Positions 25,880 to 32,641 of a stretch of DNA of 43,738 bases are shown in pieces. The notes under the pieces are model-generated. The model searched no databases. It was not told the origin of the DNA and saw only the letters and a program-made list of their open reading frames with translations. Origin of the DNA: a virus (lineage: Duplodnaviria > Caudoviricetes); IMG/VR virus record IMGVR_UViG_3300046738_000027, positions 1 through 43,738 of that record. The stretch is one strand, 5' to 3'. Position numbers and translations under genes: made by a program. Numbering within the stretch: position 1 is the stretch's first letter; each line of letters begins with the position of its first letter.

Positions 25880-25926
25880 ACGCACGGAAGCCCTGGACTC
25901 TTCGGATGTCCAGGGCTTCCGTGCGT
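25880..25926. terminator. Bidirectional terminator
   Basis: 19-bp stem with TTCG loop; 16-bp arms identical to the 22271 terminator. Confidence 0.85.
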
Positions 25927-25933
25927 GAGGTGG

Positions 25934-26065
25934 TCAGATGTTGCTGGTGTCGATACCCCCGGCGCCGTTGCAGGCAGGGCACGGCTTGTTCCGGTCAGAC
26001 TTGTCCCTGCCGTCTCCCCCGCAGGTCAGGCAGGTCTTCCAGATCTTGATGATGAAGCGGATCAT
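25934..26065 (-). CDS. 43-aa DnaJ-type zinc-finger miniprotein
   Basis: CLTCGGDG...CPACNGAG; RBS GGAGGTG. Confidence 0.7.
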   Translation of the reverse strand: MIRFIIKIWKTCLTCGGDGRDKSDRNKPCPACNGAGGIDTSNI

Positions 26066-26087
26066 GTTTCACCTCCCTGAGGTCGCT

Positions 26088-26104
26088 ACCTCTAGTATAG
26101 CAGA
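26088..26104 (-). promoter_or_regulatory. Conserved extended -10 motif (TATACT variant)
   Basis: TCTGCTATACTAGAGGT. Confidence 0.7.
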
Positions 26105-26112
26105 GAGGAAGG

Positions 26113-27054
26113 TCAGGAGGAAGGGGGTGCGCTGACCGGTCCTAGAACGGCCGAGCGCCACCGGCGCGCCGTGCGCGTGCTGCGCCCGAGGTAGGCCGCC
26201 AGCAAGATGTCCACGTCCTTGCCGGTCAGGCCGCTCGCGATCGGGTCCCAGGCCCGCAGGTAGCCCTCCACGCCCGAGGGCACATCGGCCGGGCCCTTGC
26301 GCTGAGGCAGAGGACCGGGGACCACCGGAACCTGGGTGCCCTGGACGAACCGCTCAGCCTCGTTGGCCAGATCGCGGCCGGCCTCGTCGATGGCCTTCTC
26401 ATAGCCGGCCGTCCACGCGTCCAGCTCACCCTCGGGCCGGGTGGCCACGGGGTCAGCTGCCATGATCGCCATGTCCAGGGCGTCCGGTGACGGTGGCCAG
26501 AACGAGGTGGCCACTTCCGTGGCCGCGGGGTCCGGCTGGCCACGGAAGGCGGCCTCGCTGACGGCCACGTCCTCAGCCGTGGCCACGGGACCTGTCCAGC
26601 CGGCCGGCGTGGCCAAAGCGTCCGTGGCCATCGGCTTGGCCACGTGGCCACGGCGGCCGGCCAGGATCAGCGCGGTGGCCAGGATGGCCAAGGAGTCGAT
26701 GGCCAGTGGCCACATGATGGCCACGTCCTCGGTCTGGCCATGGCCAACGAGCCAGGCGTGGCCATGGGTCCACGAGGCTCGCATGGCCACGCCACCGATG
26801 TAGGCCACGCTGGCCACGCGGATCACCTGGACGGGCCAAGCGCGCCCGACCCACCAGCGCGAGACGAATAGCTCCACCGCGAACACGACGAGACCGGGCA
26901 TGGCCACGGCCGTGACCAGATCGGCAGGCTCGAGCAGGGGCCCGCGGTTGGCCACGGTCTGGAGGATGTTGTACATGATCGAGAGTCCGGCTCCGATGGC
27001 CAGCGCCACGTAGGCGATACCGGCCGTCCAGATCTTGGTCAGGCGATGCATCAT
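26113..27054 (-). CDS. Membrane-anchored HTH protein (DUF2637 / Spd-like)
   Basis: Four N-terminal TMs (SW.H...PLAID motif), disordered linker, C-terminal LAAYLGRSTRTARRW HTH. Confidence 0.7.
   Translation of the reverse strand: MMHRLTKIWTAGIAYVALAIGAGLSIMYNILQTVANRGPLLEPADLVTAVAMPGLVVFAVELFVSRWWVGRAWPVQVIRVASVAYIGGVAMRASWTHGHAWLVGHGQTEDVAIMWPLAIDSLAILATALILAGRRGHVAKPMATDALATPAGWTGPVATAEDVAVSEAAFRGQPDPAATEVATSFWPPSPDALDMAIMAADPVATRPEGELDAWTAGYEKAIDEAGRDLANEAERFVQGTQVPVVPGPLPQRKGPADVPSGVEGYLRAWDPIASGLTGKDVDILLAAYLGRSTRTARRWRSAVLGPVSAPPSS
26364..27002. repeat. TGGCCA palindrome array 2, within the DUF2637-like gene
   Basis: About 23 exact TGGCCA in 640 bp (manual count). Confidence 0.85.
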
Positions 27055-27293
27055 GCGTCCTCTCCGCTGAGGGTCACGGTGGCGTCATCGTCGTGGTAGA
27101 CCTCCATGTGTATCGTGGCGAACTCGACGGCGTCCACCAGTCGGTGGTGATGGATCACCTTGCGCGCCTCGTGCGCCACGAGATTGGGGCCGCGCACGCC
27201 GGCGTCCGTGCACGTCCCGCCGTAGCCCTCGCCATCCTCGGTGATCTCGATCTCGGCCCCAGTGGTCTCGCTCCGGACGATCAGTTTCGCCAT
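27051..27293 (-). CDS. Hypothetical protein
   Basis: MAKLIVRS...; RBS AAGGAGG. Confidence 0.65.
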   Translation of the reverse strand: MAKLIVRSETTGAEIEITEDGEGYGGTCTDAGVRGPNLVAHEARKVIHHHRLVDAVEFATIHMEVYHDDDATVTLSGEDA

Positions 27294-27314
27294 CTGCCTG
27301 CCTCCTTCTCTGTT

Positions 27315-27331
27315 ACCTCTACTATAGCAGA
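27315..27331 (-). promoter_or_regulatory. Conserved extended -10 motif
   Basis: TCTGCTATAGTAGAGGT. Confidence 0.8.
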
Positions 27332-27333
27332 CC

Positions 27334-27361
27334 GGGCGAGGGGCCGGCAAGCCCCTCGCCC
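27334..27361 (-). terminator. Terminator hairpin
   Basis: 11-bp stem GGGCGAGGGGC/GCCCCTCGCCC. Confidence 0.7.
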
Positions 27362-27369
27362 ATGATCCT

Positions 27370-27582
27370 TCAGGCCAGCTCCCAGGAGTCCGCGAACTCG
27401 CCCACGGTGCAGACGTCCACCACGCCCCCGGTGGCTACCACCGTGATCATGTTGCCCTCGATCTTGGTGACCTTGCCGTTCATCCAGGTCTGGATGGTGC
27501 TCCGGTACCACAGGCCGGTCATCGGCCGCTTGTCGTCCGAGATCTGGATGGTCTGGCCGCTGATGTCGTTCCCCTTGTTCAT
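27370..27582 (-). CDS. 70-aa leaderless protein
   Basis: MNKGNDISGQ...; ATG 6 nt after TATAGT. Confidence 0.65.
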   Translation of the reverse strand: MNKGNDISGQTIQISDDKRPMTGLWYRSTIQTWMNGKVTKIEGNMITVVATGGVVDVCTVGEFADSWELA

Positions 27583-27599
27583 AGCTCTACTATAGCAGA
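27583..27599 (-). promoter_or_regulatory. Conserved extended -10 motif, leaderless
   Basis: TCTGCTATAGTAGAGCT-ATG. Confidence 0.8.
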
Positions 27600-27653
27600 C
27601 GTGGGGGAGGGCGCGCAAGCGGCCGGCGACGGTAAATCTTTCCGGGCCCGGGG

Positions 27654-27689
27654 TTGCGCTGGCTTCTCTAGGTCTGCTATAGTAGATGT
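27654..27689 (+). promoter_or_regulatory. Promoter with the conserved motif
   Basis: TTGCGC-18 nt-TATAGT; TCTGCTATAGTAGA at 27673. Confidence 0.8.
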
Positions 27690-27721
27690 ATAAGCAAGAG
27701 GGGCTAGCGGGGGAGACGGAA

Positions 27722-27916
27722 ATGCAGATGTTCGAACTGGTGGAGATCGACCCGGACGCCCCCGAGGATGACAACGAGATCCTGATGAGCCCGAGGCCTG
27801 GGACCTGGGCCCAGATCAAGGCCCACATGGACTCGATCATCGAGGACATGAACGTTGACTTCGACCACGACGGGCCGAGCGCCTGGGCCATGCTCCGCAT
27901 CCAGCCGGCCGCCTGA
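27722..27916 (+). CDS. 64-aa acidic hypothetical protein
   Basis: RBS GGGGAG; own promoter. Confidence 0.65.
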   Translation: MQMFELVEIDPDAPEDDNEILMSPRPGTWAQIKAHMDSIIEDMNVDFDHDGPSAWAMLRIQPAA

Positions 27917-27935
27917 AAGATCTTGAGACAGGGGG

Positions 27936-27971
27936 TTGCGGCCCCCTCGCTTGCTCTGCTATAGTAGATAT
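27936..27971 (+). promoter_or_regulatory. Promoter with the conserved motif
   Basis: TTGCGG-18 nt-TATAGT; TCTGCTATAGTAGA at 27955. Confidence 0.8.
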
Positions 27972-28005
27972 ATAAGCAAGAGGGACCGAGCAAGGGAGAC
28001 AGAAA

Positions 28006-28182
28006 ATGTTCCACAAGATGATCGTCAAGACCCAGACAGTCAACGCGGCCGGCCGGGCCACCAGCTCCACCGAGCACGTCCGCCACATCCCGGCCGCCGA
28101 GGTGGCGGACCGGCGAGAGACGGCCCGGCAGAGCGCGCCGGCCGGGTCCACCCGGACGATCCGGGTGGTCGACGAGCGCTGA
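28006..28182 (+). CDS. 58-aa hypothetical protein
   Basis: MFHKMIVKTQ...; RBS AAGGGAG. Confidence 0.6.
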   Translation: MFHKMIVKTQTVNAAGRATSSTEHVRHIPAAEVADRRETARQSAPAGSTRTIRVVDER

Positions 28183-28188
28183 TCACCC

Positions 28189-28217
28189 GGAGGGCCCCCA
28201 CGGGGGCCCTCCCTTTT
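28189..28217 (+). terminator. Intrinsic terminator
   Basis: GGAGGGCCCCC/GGGGGCCCTCC followed by a T tract. Confidence 0.8.
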
Positions 28218-28287
28218 GCCCTGTTTTTGACACGTTTCAATTCTGCTATAAAGGACGAGCCCCGGATGTCGAGTCCGGGGCCCGCGG

Positions 28288-28554
28288 TCACGCTTTTCCC
28301 TGCTCGTCCTTCCAGATCCACCAGCCCTGGCTTTCGTCCCCGCCCAGCCACTGAGGCGCCGGTGGCGGCACCGTCCGCGGCAGGGGCGGCCGATACCCCC
28401 GGCGCCGGTGGCGACCCGGCTTGGCCGTGCTGTCCAGTCCGGGGCCCGGATCGGTGAAGACCACGGCCCCGTACGTCACCAGTACGTAGACCAGCGCCAG
28501 CAGACCCACCAGCAGCCAGCCCGTCAGGCTGAGCCCGGCCAGGAAGCCCCTCAC
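28288..28554 (-). CDS. Small membrane protein
   Basis: N-terminal TM; GTGA overlap. Confidence 0.55.
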   Translation of the reverse strand: MRGFLAGLSLTGWLLVGLLALVYVLVTYGAVVFTDPGPGLDSTAKPGRHRRRGYRPPLPRTVPPPAPQWLGGDESQGWWIWKDEQGKA

Positions 28555-29249
28555 GCGGGGCCGCGCTCGGGCAGGAAGCCGGGGCCGGCGCGCAGCACGC
28601 CCGCGCGCCGGTTGAGCTGGATGGCCATCATGCCCGGCGTCACGCACTGCCGCGCCACGCCCTCGATCACCCGCTTGCCGGCCAGGGACCAGCACTGATC
28701 CACCAGCACGGAGCAGATTGCCTCTCGGGGGAGACTCTCCCCCTCATGCCATAGCACGGCGCGCTCAGGGTCCAAAAGGCGCATGTTAATCGTGCGGCGC
28801 CGATCAATCCACCGCTCCAGCCGCTCCGCCTTCAGCCCGCGGGACCATGCAGCAAGCGCCACGTAGGAGAGGAAGGAGTAGGGCACCTTCTCCGAGACGA
28901 ACAGGCGCGCGATGGCGGCCGCGTCCTGCGCCTGGCCCGGGTAGTCCTCGGGGAGCCGGAACCAGACGGCACCGTCCGTCCAGTGCTTGGCCGGCGTCAG
29001 CGCGATCTCCTCGGCGCCGCGCGGCATAGCCTGAACGGCGCGAGCGGCGTACTCCGAGACGCCGGTGCCACCCTGCTCGACGCAGACCAACACGTGATCA
29101 GCGCTAAACGGCCCAATCCGGAAGCTTTCTTTACAAAACCACTGTCCGACCTCGACCGGGAAGAACCCCGGCACGATGCCGCCCATCCGCGTGATGCAGA
29201 TGTCCCCCGGCCGGACATCGGCCAGCGACCTGATCTCATCGGCGGTCAT
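28551..29249 (-). CDS. Permuted papain-like (NlpC/P60-related) hydrolase
   Basis: PGD...DHV...QAMP.G...PYS...ICS.LV...VTPG, with His before Cys. Confidence 0.7.
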   Translation of the reverse strand: MTADEIRSLADVRPGDICITRMGGIVPGFFPVEVGQWFCKESFRIGPFSADHVLVCVEQGGTGVSEYAARAVQAMPRGAEEIALTPAKHWTDGAVWFRLPEDYPGQAQDAAAIARLFVSEKVPYSFLSYVALAAWSRGLKAERLERWIDRRRTINMRLLDPERAVLWHEGESLPREAICSVLVDQCWSLAGKRVIEGVARQCVTPGMMAIQLNRRAGVLRAGPGFLPERGPA

Positions 29250-29464
29250 ACCTTCACCCACACCCTTCGCCACTGGCGCCGCGTGTCGCCCGGGAAGACC
29301 TCGCAGTCCTCACAGGTCGCCATGTACGGCACGTCCGGCTCCTCGGCGCCGAACCTGTCCACATCGGCAAGCCGGAACCACGCCGAATGGTTGCAATCGT
29401 CCGCCACGAACAAGGCTTCCGTCCCCGTGCCGGACTGGACCGTGATGTCCTGGTAGCTAGCCAT
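29246..29464 (-). CDS. Hypothetical Cys/His protein
   Basis: CNH...CEDC; overlapping operon organisation. Confidence 0.55.
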   Translation of the reverse strand: MASYQDITVQSGTGTEALFVADDCNHSAWFRLADVDRFGAEEPDVPYMATCEDCEVFPGDTRRQWRRVWVKV

Positions 29465-29813
29465 GGAGGATCTCCCTCAGGCGCGCGGCACCGTGCTCGG
29501 ACCAGCCGTCCTCGAGCTCGCCGTGTTCGCCGATCTTCTCCACCAGCGCGGTCAGCCGGCGCCGCACCGTCGCATCCTGGTGGCGTTCCCTGGCCAGCCG
29601 GGCGAGCGCGGCCGTGACTTGGTTGGCCGCGTCCTGGATGACGCCGGCGATGCGGGACAGGTCTTCCTCGCTGGGCTGGACCGAGGGCCCGTTGGTTCGC
29701 CGGACGCTGACGTACGCGTGCCCTGCCTGATCGACCGTGCTCACCTCTGCCCACTCATAGCCCCCGAACCCCTGAAGGACGGGCGGATCGTCCGAGCCGA
29801 TGATCAATTGCAT
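29457..29813 (-). CDS. Hypothetical protein
   Basis: RBS AGGAGG. Confidence 0.65.
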   Translation of the reverse strand: MQLIIGSDDPPVLQGFGGYEWAEVSTVDQAGHAYVSVRRTNGPSVQPSEEDLSRIAGVIQDAANQVTAALARLARERHQDATVRRRLTALVEKIGEHGELEDGWSEHGAARLREILHG

Positions 29814-29832
29814 GGTGCCTCCTGATACGAGG

Positions 29833-29867
29833 GAGCCCCCGGACCGATGGCGGCGGTCCGGGGGCTC
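29833..29867 (-). terminator. Terminator hairpin
   Basis: GAGCCCCCGGACCG/CGGTCCGGGGGCTC. Confidence 0.75.
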
Positions 29868-29879
29868 GGTCTGGTTGAT

Positions 29880-30428
29880 CTAGTCGAAAGCGCTGTCGTC
29901 CGTGGCCGCCTGGGCGGCCGCCATCTCGGCGGAGATCTCGCGGACCATGTCCGCGTACTTCAGCGAGGTGGCCTTGTCGGCATCCGTCGGGGTCGCGATC
30001 GACCAGGACGGCGAGCGGCCCTTGACGCTGTTGGGCCGCGAGTTGATCCGGCCCCGCAGGGGCTTGAAGGTGTTGGGCTTGTCGCCGGTCACCCGCGGCG
30101 CCAGGCGCGCGGTCAGGCCGCCCTGGCTGTACTGAAAGTTGTTCAGGCGCTGGGGGCCGTCCTGCTCGACCGAGGCCACCAGCATCTCGCGCTGCTCGCC
30201 GTCGACCACCTTGAAGCCGTTCCAGTTCGGACCGTCATCCATGACCAGCGTGACGGTCTCGTACCAGTCGTACGGCTTGGCCCCGGGGCCGGTGCCCTGC
30301 CGCGTGCCGTGCTTGCCGGTCACCCAGATGGCGACCAGGCGGTCCTTCAGGTCTTCCTTGCCCGCGAACTCTTCCTTGGCGTCGTCGAACAGCTCGAGGT
30401 CCTCGGTGGTGCCGGTGCTGTCGGTCAT
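29880..30428 (-). CDS. Putative single-stranded DNA-binding protein
   Basis: Beta-rich core, acidic aromatic C-terminus (TDDSAFD), near an exonuclease gene. Confidence 0.55.
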   Translation of the reverse strand: MTDSTGTTEDLELFDDAKEEFAGKEDLKDRLVAIWVTGKHGTRQGTGPGAKPYDWYETVTLVMDDGPNWNGFKVVDGEQREMLVASVEQDGPQRLNNFQYSQGGLTARLAPRVTGDKPNTFKPLRGRINSRPNSVKGRSPSWSIATPTDADKATSLKYADMVREISAEMAAAQAATDDSAFD

Positions 30429-30470
30429 TCTGTGTCCGTTTCTGCTTGTGCTTCTGCTTGATCTTGAGGT

Positions 30471-30765
30471 GAGGGGCCGGCCCCAGGCTTGCGACGAAGT
30501 TCCGGCCCCTCGGCACCCAAGGGCTTTTGATACGGGAGCCCTTGGGGCACAACCCGTGTCCGCTCTACACGCCTAGGCGATTGACGGACTGCGTGATCGG
30601 GGCCGGGATGGCTAGCTCACCGCGTACGGCTTTCGCCAGTTCCGCCCGGCCCCGTCATGATCGTCTTTCCGATCCGTCATGGGCCCGCTCCGACCCCGTA
30701 CCTTCCGTAAAGCCGGGAGCTCCTGAGGCGGGACTATTCCCTGGCTCCCCGAGGTTTCCGGCTCT
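30471..30765 (-). ncRNA. Structured RNA / long 5' leader with pseudoknot
   Basis: Starts 6 nt after TATACT; three 10-bp stems, GAAA and GAAAGA loops, 5-bp pseudoknot pairing. Confidence 0.6.
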
Positions 30766-30780
30766 AGGTCTAGTATAGCT
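30766..30780 (-). promoter_or_regulatory. Degenerate copy of the promoter motif
   Basis: AGCTATACTAGACCT. Confidence 0.6.
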
Positions 30781-30935
30781 TACCGGGATCGCCTCTGCAA
30801 CTCCCGGACCGTGACCGTGTTCGGCCGCGTGCTGGTGTTGGCGTCATCCAGCTTGGCCCGGCGCTGGCCGGCCTGGATCTCGGTGGCGTTGCGGTTGGTG
30901 ACGGACTCCAGCCGGCCGGCGTTGAACAAGCCCAT
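30780..30935 (-). CDS. 51-aa basic protein between the two structured RNAs
   Basis: MGLFNAGRL...; RBS AAGGAG (alternative GTG 30968 adds CPHC). Confidence 0.55.
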   Translation of the reverse strand: MGLFNAGRLESVTNRNATEIQAGQRRAKLDDANTSTRPNTVTVRELQRRSR

Positions 30936-30969
30936 ATCGATCTCCTTCTCGCAGTGGGGACACTTCACG

Positions 30970-31065
30970 TGCGCGACCGGGATTCGAAACCCGGATTGCC
31001 TACTCAGGCCACAAGGGGTACAGGCCCCTGCGGGTGCCTTTCGGGTTCTCCTTGAACTACCGCGC
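30970..31065 (-). ncRNA. tRNA-like module B (non-canonical)
   Basis: GCGCGG/TCGCGC acceptor, TAGTTC-AAGGA-GAAC D arm, CCGGG-TTTCGAAT-CCCGG T arm, three hairpins in place of the anticodon arm. Confidence 0.7.
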
Positions 31066-31158
31066 TCTCCGGTTACCAGCCGGACCTCACTCCTTGGGGA
31101 ACGATCGCCACATTGGGTTGGTGGCCCGCCGATTCGCCGATCCCGCTGGAGTGAACCG

Positions 31159-31227
31159 TGCGCTGACCGGAATCGAACCGGCCTGACCGGGGGATTAGCC
31201 CTGCCCACACCCAGTGAGCATCAGCGC
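31159..31227 (-). ncRNA. tRNA-like module A (non-canonical)
   Basis: GCGCTGA/TCAGCGC acceptor, GCTC..TGG..GGGC D arm, CCGG-TTCGATT-CCGG T arm, stunted anticodon arm. Confidence 0.7.
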
Positions 31228-31352
31228 GGTACTAGGCAAGATCGGGTCTCAGGGCATCCCCTGCTCACCTGTCGCTTCCCGTGTCCAGGAGGTGGGCCGA
31301 CCTTGCCGTTCCTGTTACCAATCAGTTCCGGGGCTGACCCCCGCTCCCTGAT

Positions 31353-31369
31353 AGATCTACTATAGCAGG
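31353..31369 (-). promoter_or_regulatory. Conserved extended -10 motif driving the ncRNA
   Basis: CCTGCTATAGTAGATCT. Confidence 0.75.
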
Positions 31370-31370
31370 G

Positions 31371-32300
31371 CTAGGGCCGGGGCGCAACCCCGTACGCCGG
31401 CCGGATTCCACCGACCCCGCGGCCCGGGGTCACGCTCTTGCCGCGCGAGCGCAGCGCCACCACCCACGCGGCCACCTCGAGCACCCGGGCGCCATACTCC
31501 AGATCCACCTCATGGATCTGGACCGGGCCCCCATCGCTGGGCATGTGCGCCAGCAGGGCCACCCGCTTGCCCTCACACATGCCGCCCTCGCGGCCCATGA
31601 GGTTGTTGGCCTCGTTGGGCGCCCACTGGCCGCCCGGCCCCTCCGGGCCCTCCCAGACCCAGCCGGCCGAGTCGTATCCGCACTGCTGACCAGCAATCTC
31701 CTGGTACGTCCAGAAGCGCTTCTGCGTCTTCAGGTCCAGGACGCCCACCTGACCGGTGCGGCGGCACATCACCCGGGCATCCAGCCGGCCCATCGTGCCG
31801 CCCCCGATCGGGTGCCAGACAACGCGCTCGGACCAGCCCGGAATGAACTCCAGCTCGTGGCGCTCCATGGCGGCCAGCAGGTCAGCCATCTGGAGCTGCA
31901 TCCGCCGATGGCCCCCGATGCGTCCGGTGTCCAGATACTCCCCGAACACCAGGTGGCGCGCTGTGCCCTTGCGCGCGCCGGCGTCACCCCCGGCCATGGC
32001 CCTGGCCCGCTCGGCGATATCGGCGAACAACTGCGTGGAGAGGTTGTCGTCCGGGATCGCCGCCAGTTCATCGAAAATGAGGCCGTCATGGGCCAGCAGG
32101 CCCAGCAGGGTCATCCGCTCGAGCCAGAGCTGGAGGGCCCGCTGGTCCGAGAAGGCGCTGACCAGGTTGGTCATCCGCATCCAGCCGTTGGGGCTGGCCT
32201 TCTCTCCGGGCGGCGCCGGGAATCGGTAGCGGCCGTTCTCCACCTTGTAGACGGGGGCCGGCTCCACGTCATCGAACAGGTCCAGGTCGGTGGTGGTCAC
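31371..32300 (-). CDS. PD-(D/E)XK exonuclease (RecB/Cas4-like)
   Basis: KGT.RH, E..V, GRLD and VLDLKT motifs. Confidence 0.75.
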   Translation of the reverse strand: MTTTDLDLFDDVEPAPVYKVENGRYRFPAPPGEKASPNGWMRMTNLVSAFSDQRALQLWLERMTLLGLLAHDGLIFDELAAIPDDNLSTQLFADIAERARAMAGGDAGARKGTARHLVFGEYLDTGRIGGHRRMQLQMADLLAAMERHELEFIPGWSERVVWHPIGGGTMGRLDARVMCRRTGQVGVLDLKTQKRFWTYQEIAGQQCGYDSAGWVWEGPEGPGGQWAPNEANNLMGREGGMCEGKRVALLAHMPSDGGPVQIHEVDLEYGARVLEVAAWVVALRSRGKSVTPGRGVGGIRPAYGVAPRP

Positions 32301-32494
32301 GCTGTCTCCACGAACTGACCATGGCCGTAGGACTCGATCCAGGATTCCCCGTCCTCAGCAATAACTGAAATGACCAGACCTCCGTATGTTTCAGAAGGGG
32401 CAATCTCTGCGACCACGCGGATGCCAGGATGGTCACTCTCGGGCGGCGTGGTGAACCATTCGGATTGCCGAATGTGCGCTGCTAATTTCTTCAT
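32297..32494 (-). CDS. Hypothetical protein
   Basis: Overlaps both neighbours; lower GC. Confidence 0.55.
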   Translation of the reverse strand: MKKLAAHIRQSEWFTTPPESDHPGIRVVAEIAPSETYGGLVISVIAEDGESWIESYGHGQFVETA

Positions 32495-32641
32495 CTTGTC
32501 AGCCTCTCGATGCAGCGTGCTCGGGCGGTCAGTGGTGGCCGGCGCCGGATCAGGCGCGCGGCGTTGCGGTAGCGGCGCTCGGCCGCGTGGTCCCCGTTGA
32601 TGCAGGCGCCGCGGGCGGCCGCGATCCAGACGGCCCCGGGG

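Larger units (their letters stand above)
30970..31352 (-). ncRNA. About 380-nt structured RNA with two tRNA-like modules
   Basis: Predicted start 6 nt after TATAGT; continuous stems; no credible ORF. Confidence 0.7.

Noticed and set aside
28227-28252. TTGACA...TCTGCTATAAA as a promoter
   Set aside because: Spacer is only 14 nt, the final -10 T is missing and no gene follows; kept only as a degenerate motif copy
30513-30560. Pseudoknot as an HDV-like/theta ribozyme or preQ1 riboswitch
   Set aside because: I could not fit the stem lengths or conserved residues of either family by eye
30616-30632. AAGCCGTACGCGGTGAG resembles the start of group II intron domain V
   Set aside because: The complementary 3' half of domain V, domain VI and a reverse transcriptase are absent
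30970-31227. Calling the two modules functional tRNA genes (CTA or GTA triplets in loops)
   Set aside because: Anticodon arms are non-canonical (3-bp stem with 5-nt loop; 6-nt loop among extra hairpins) and the acceptor plus T stack is 11 bp
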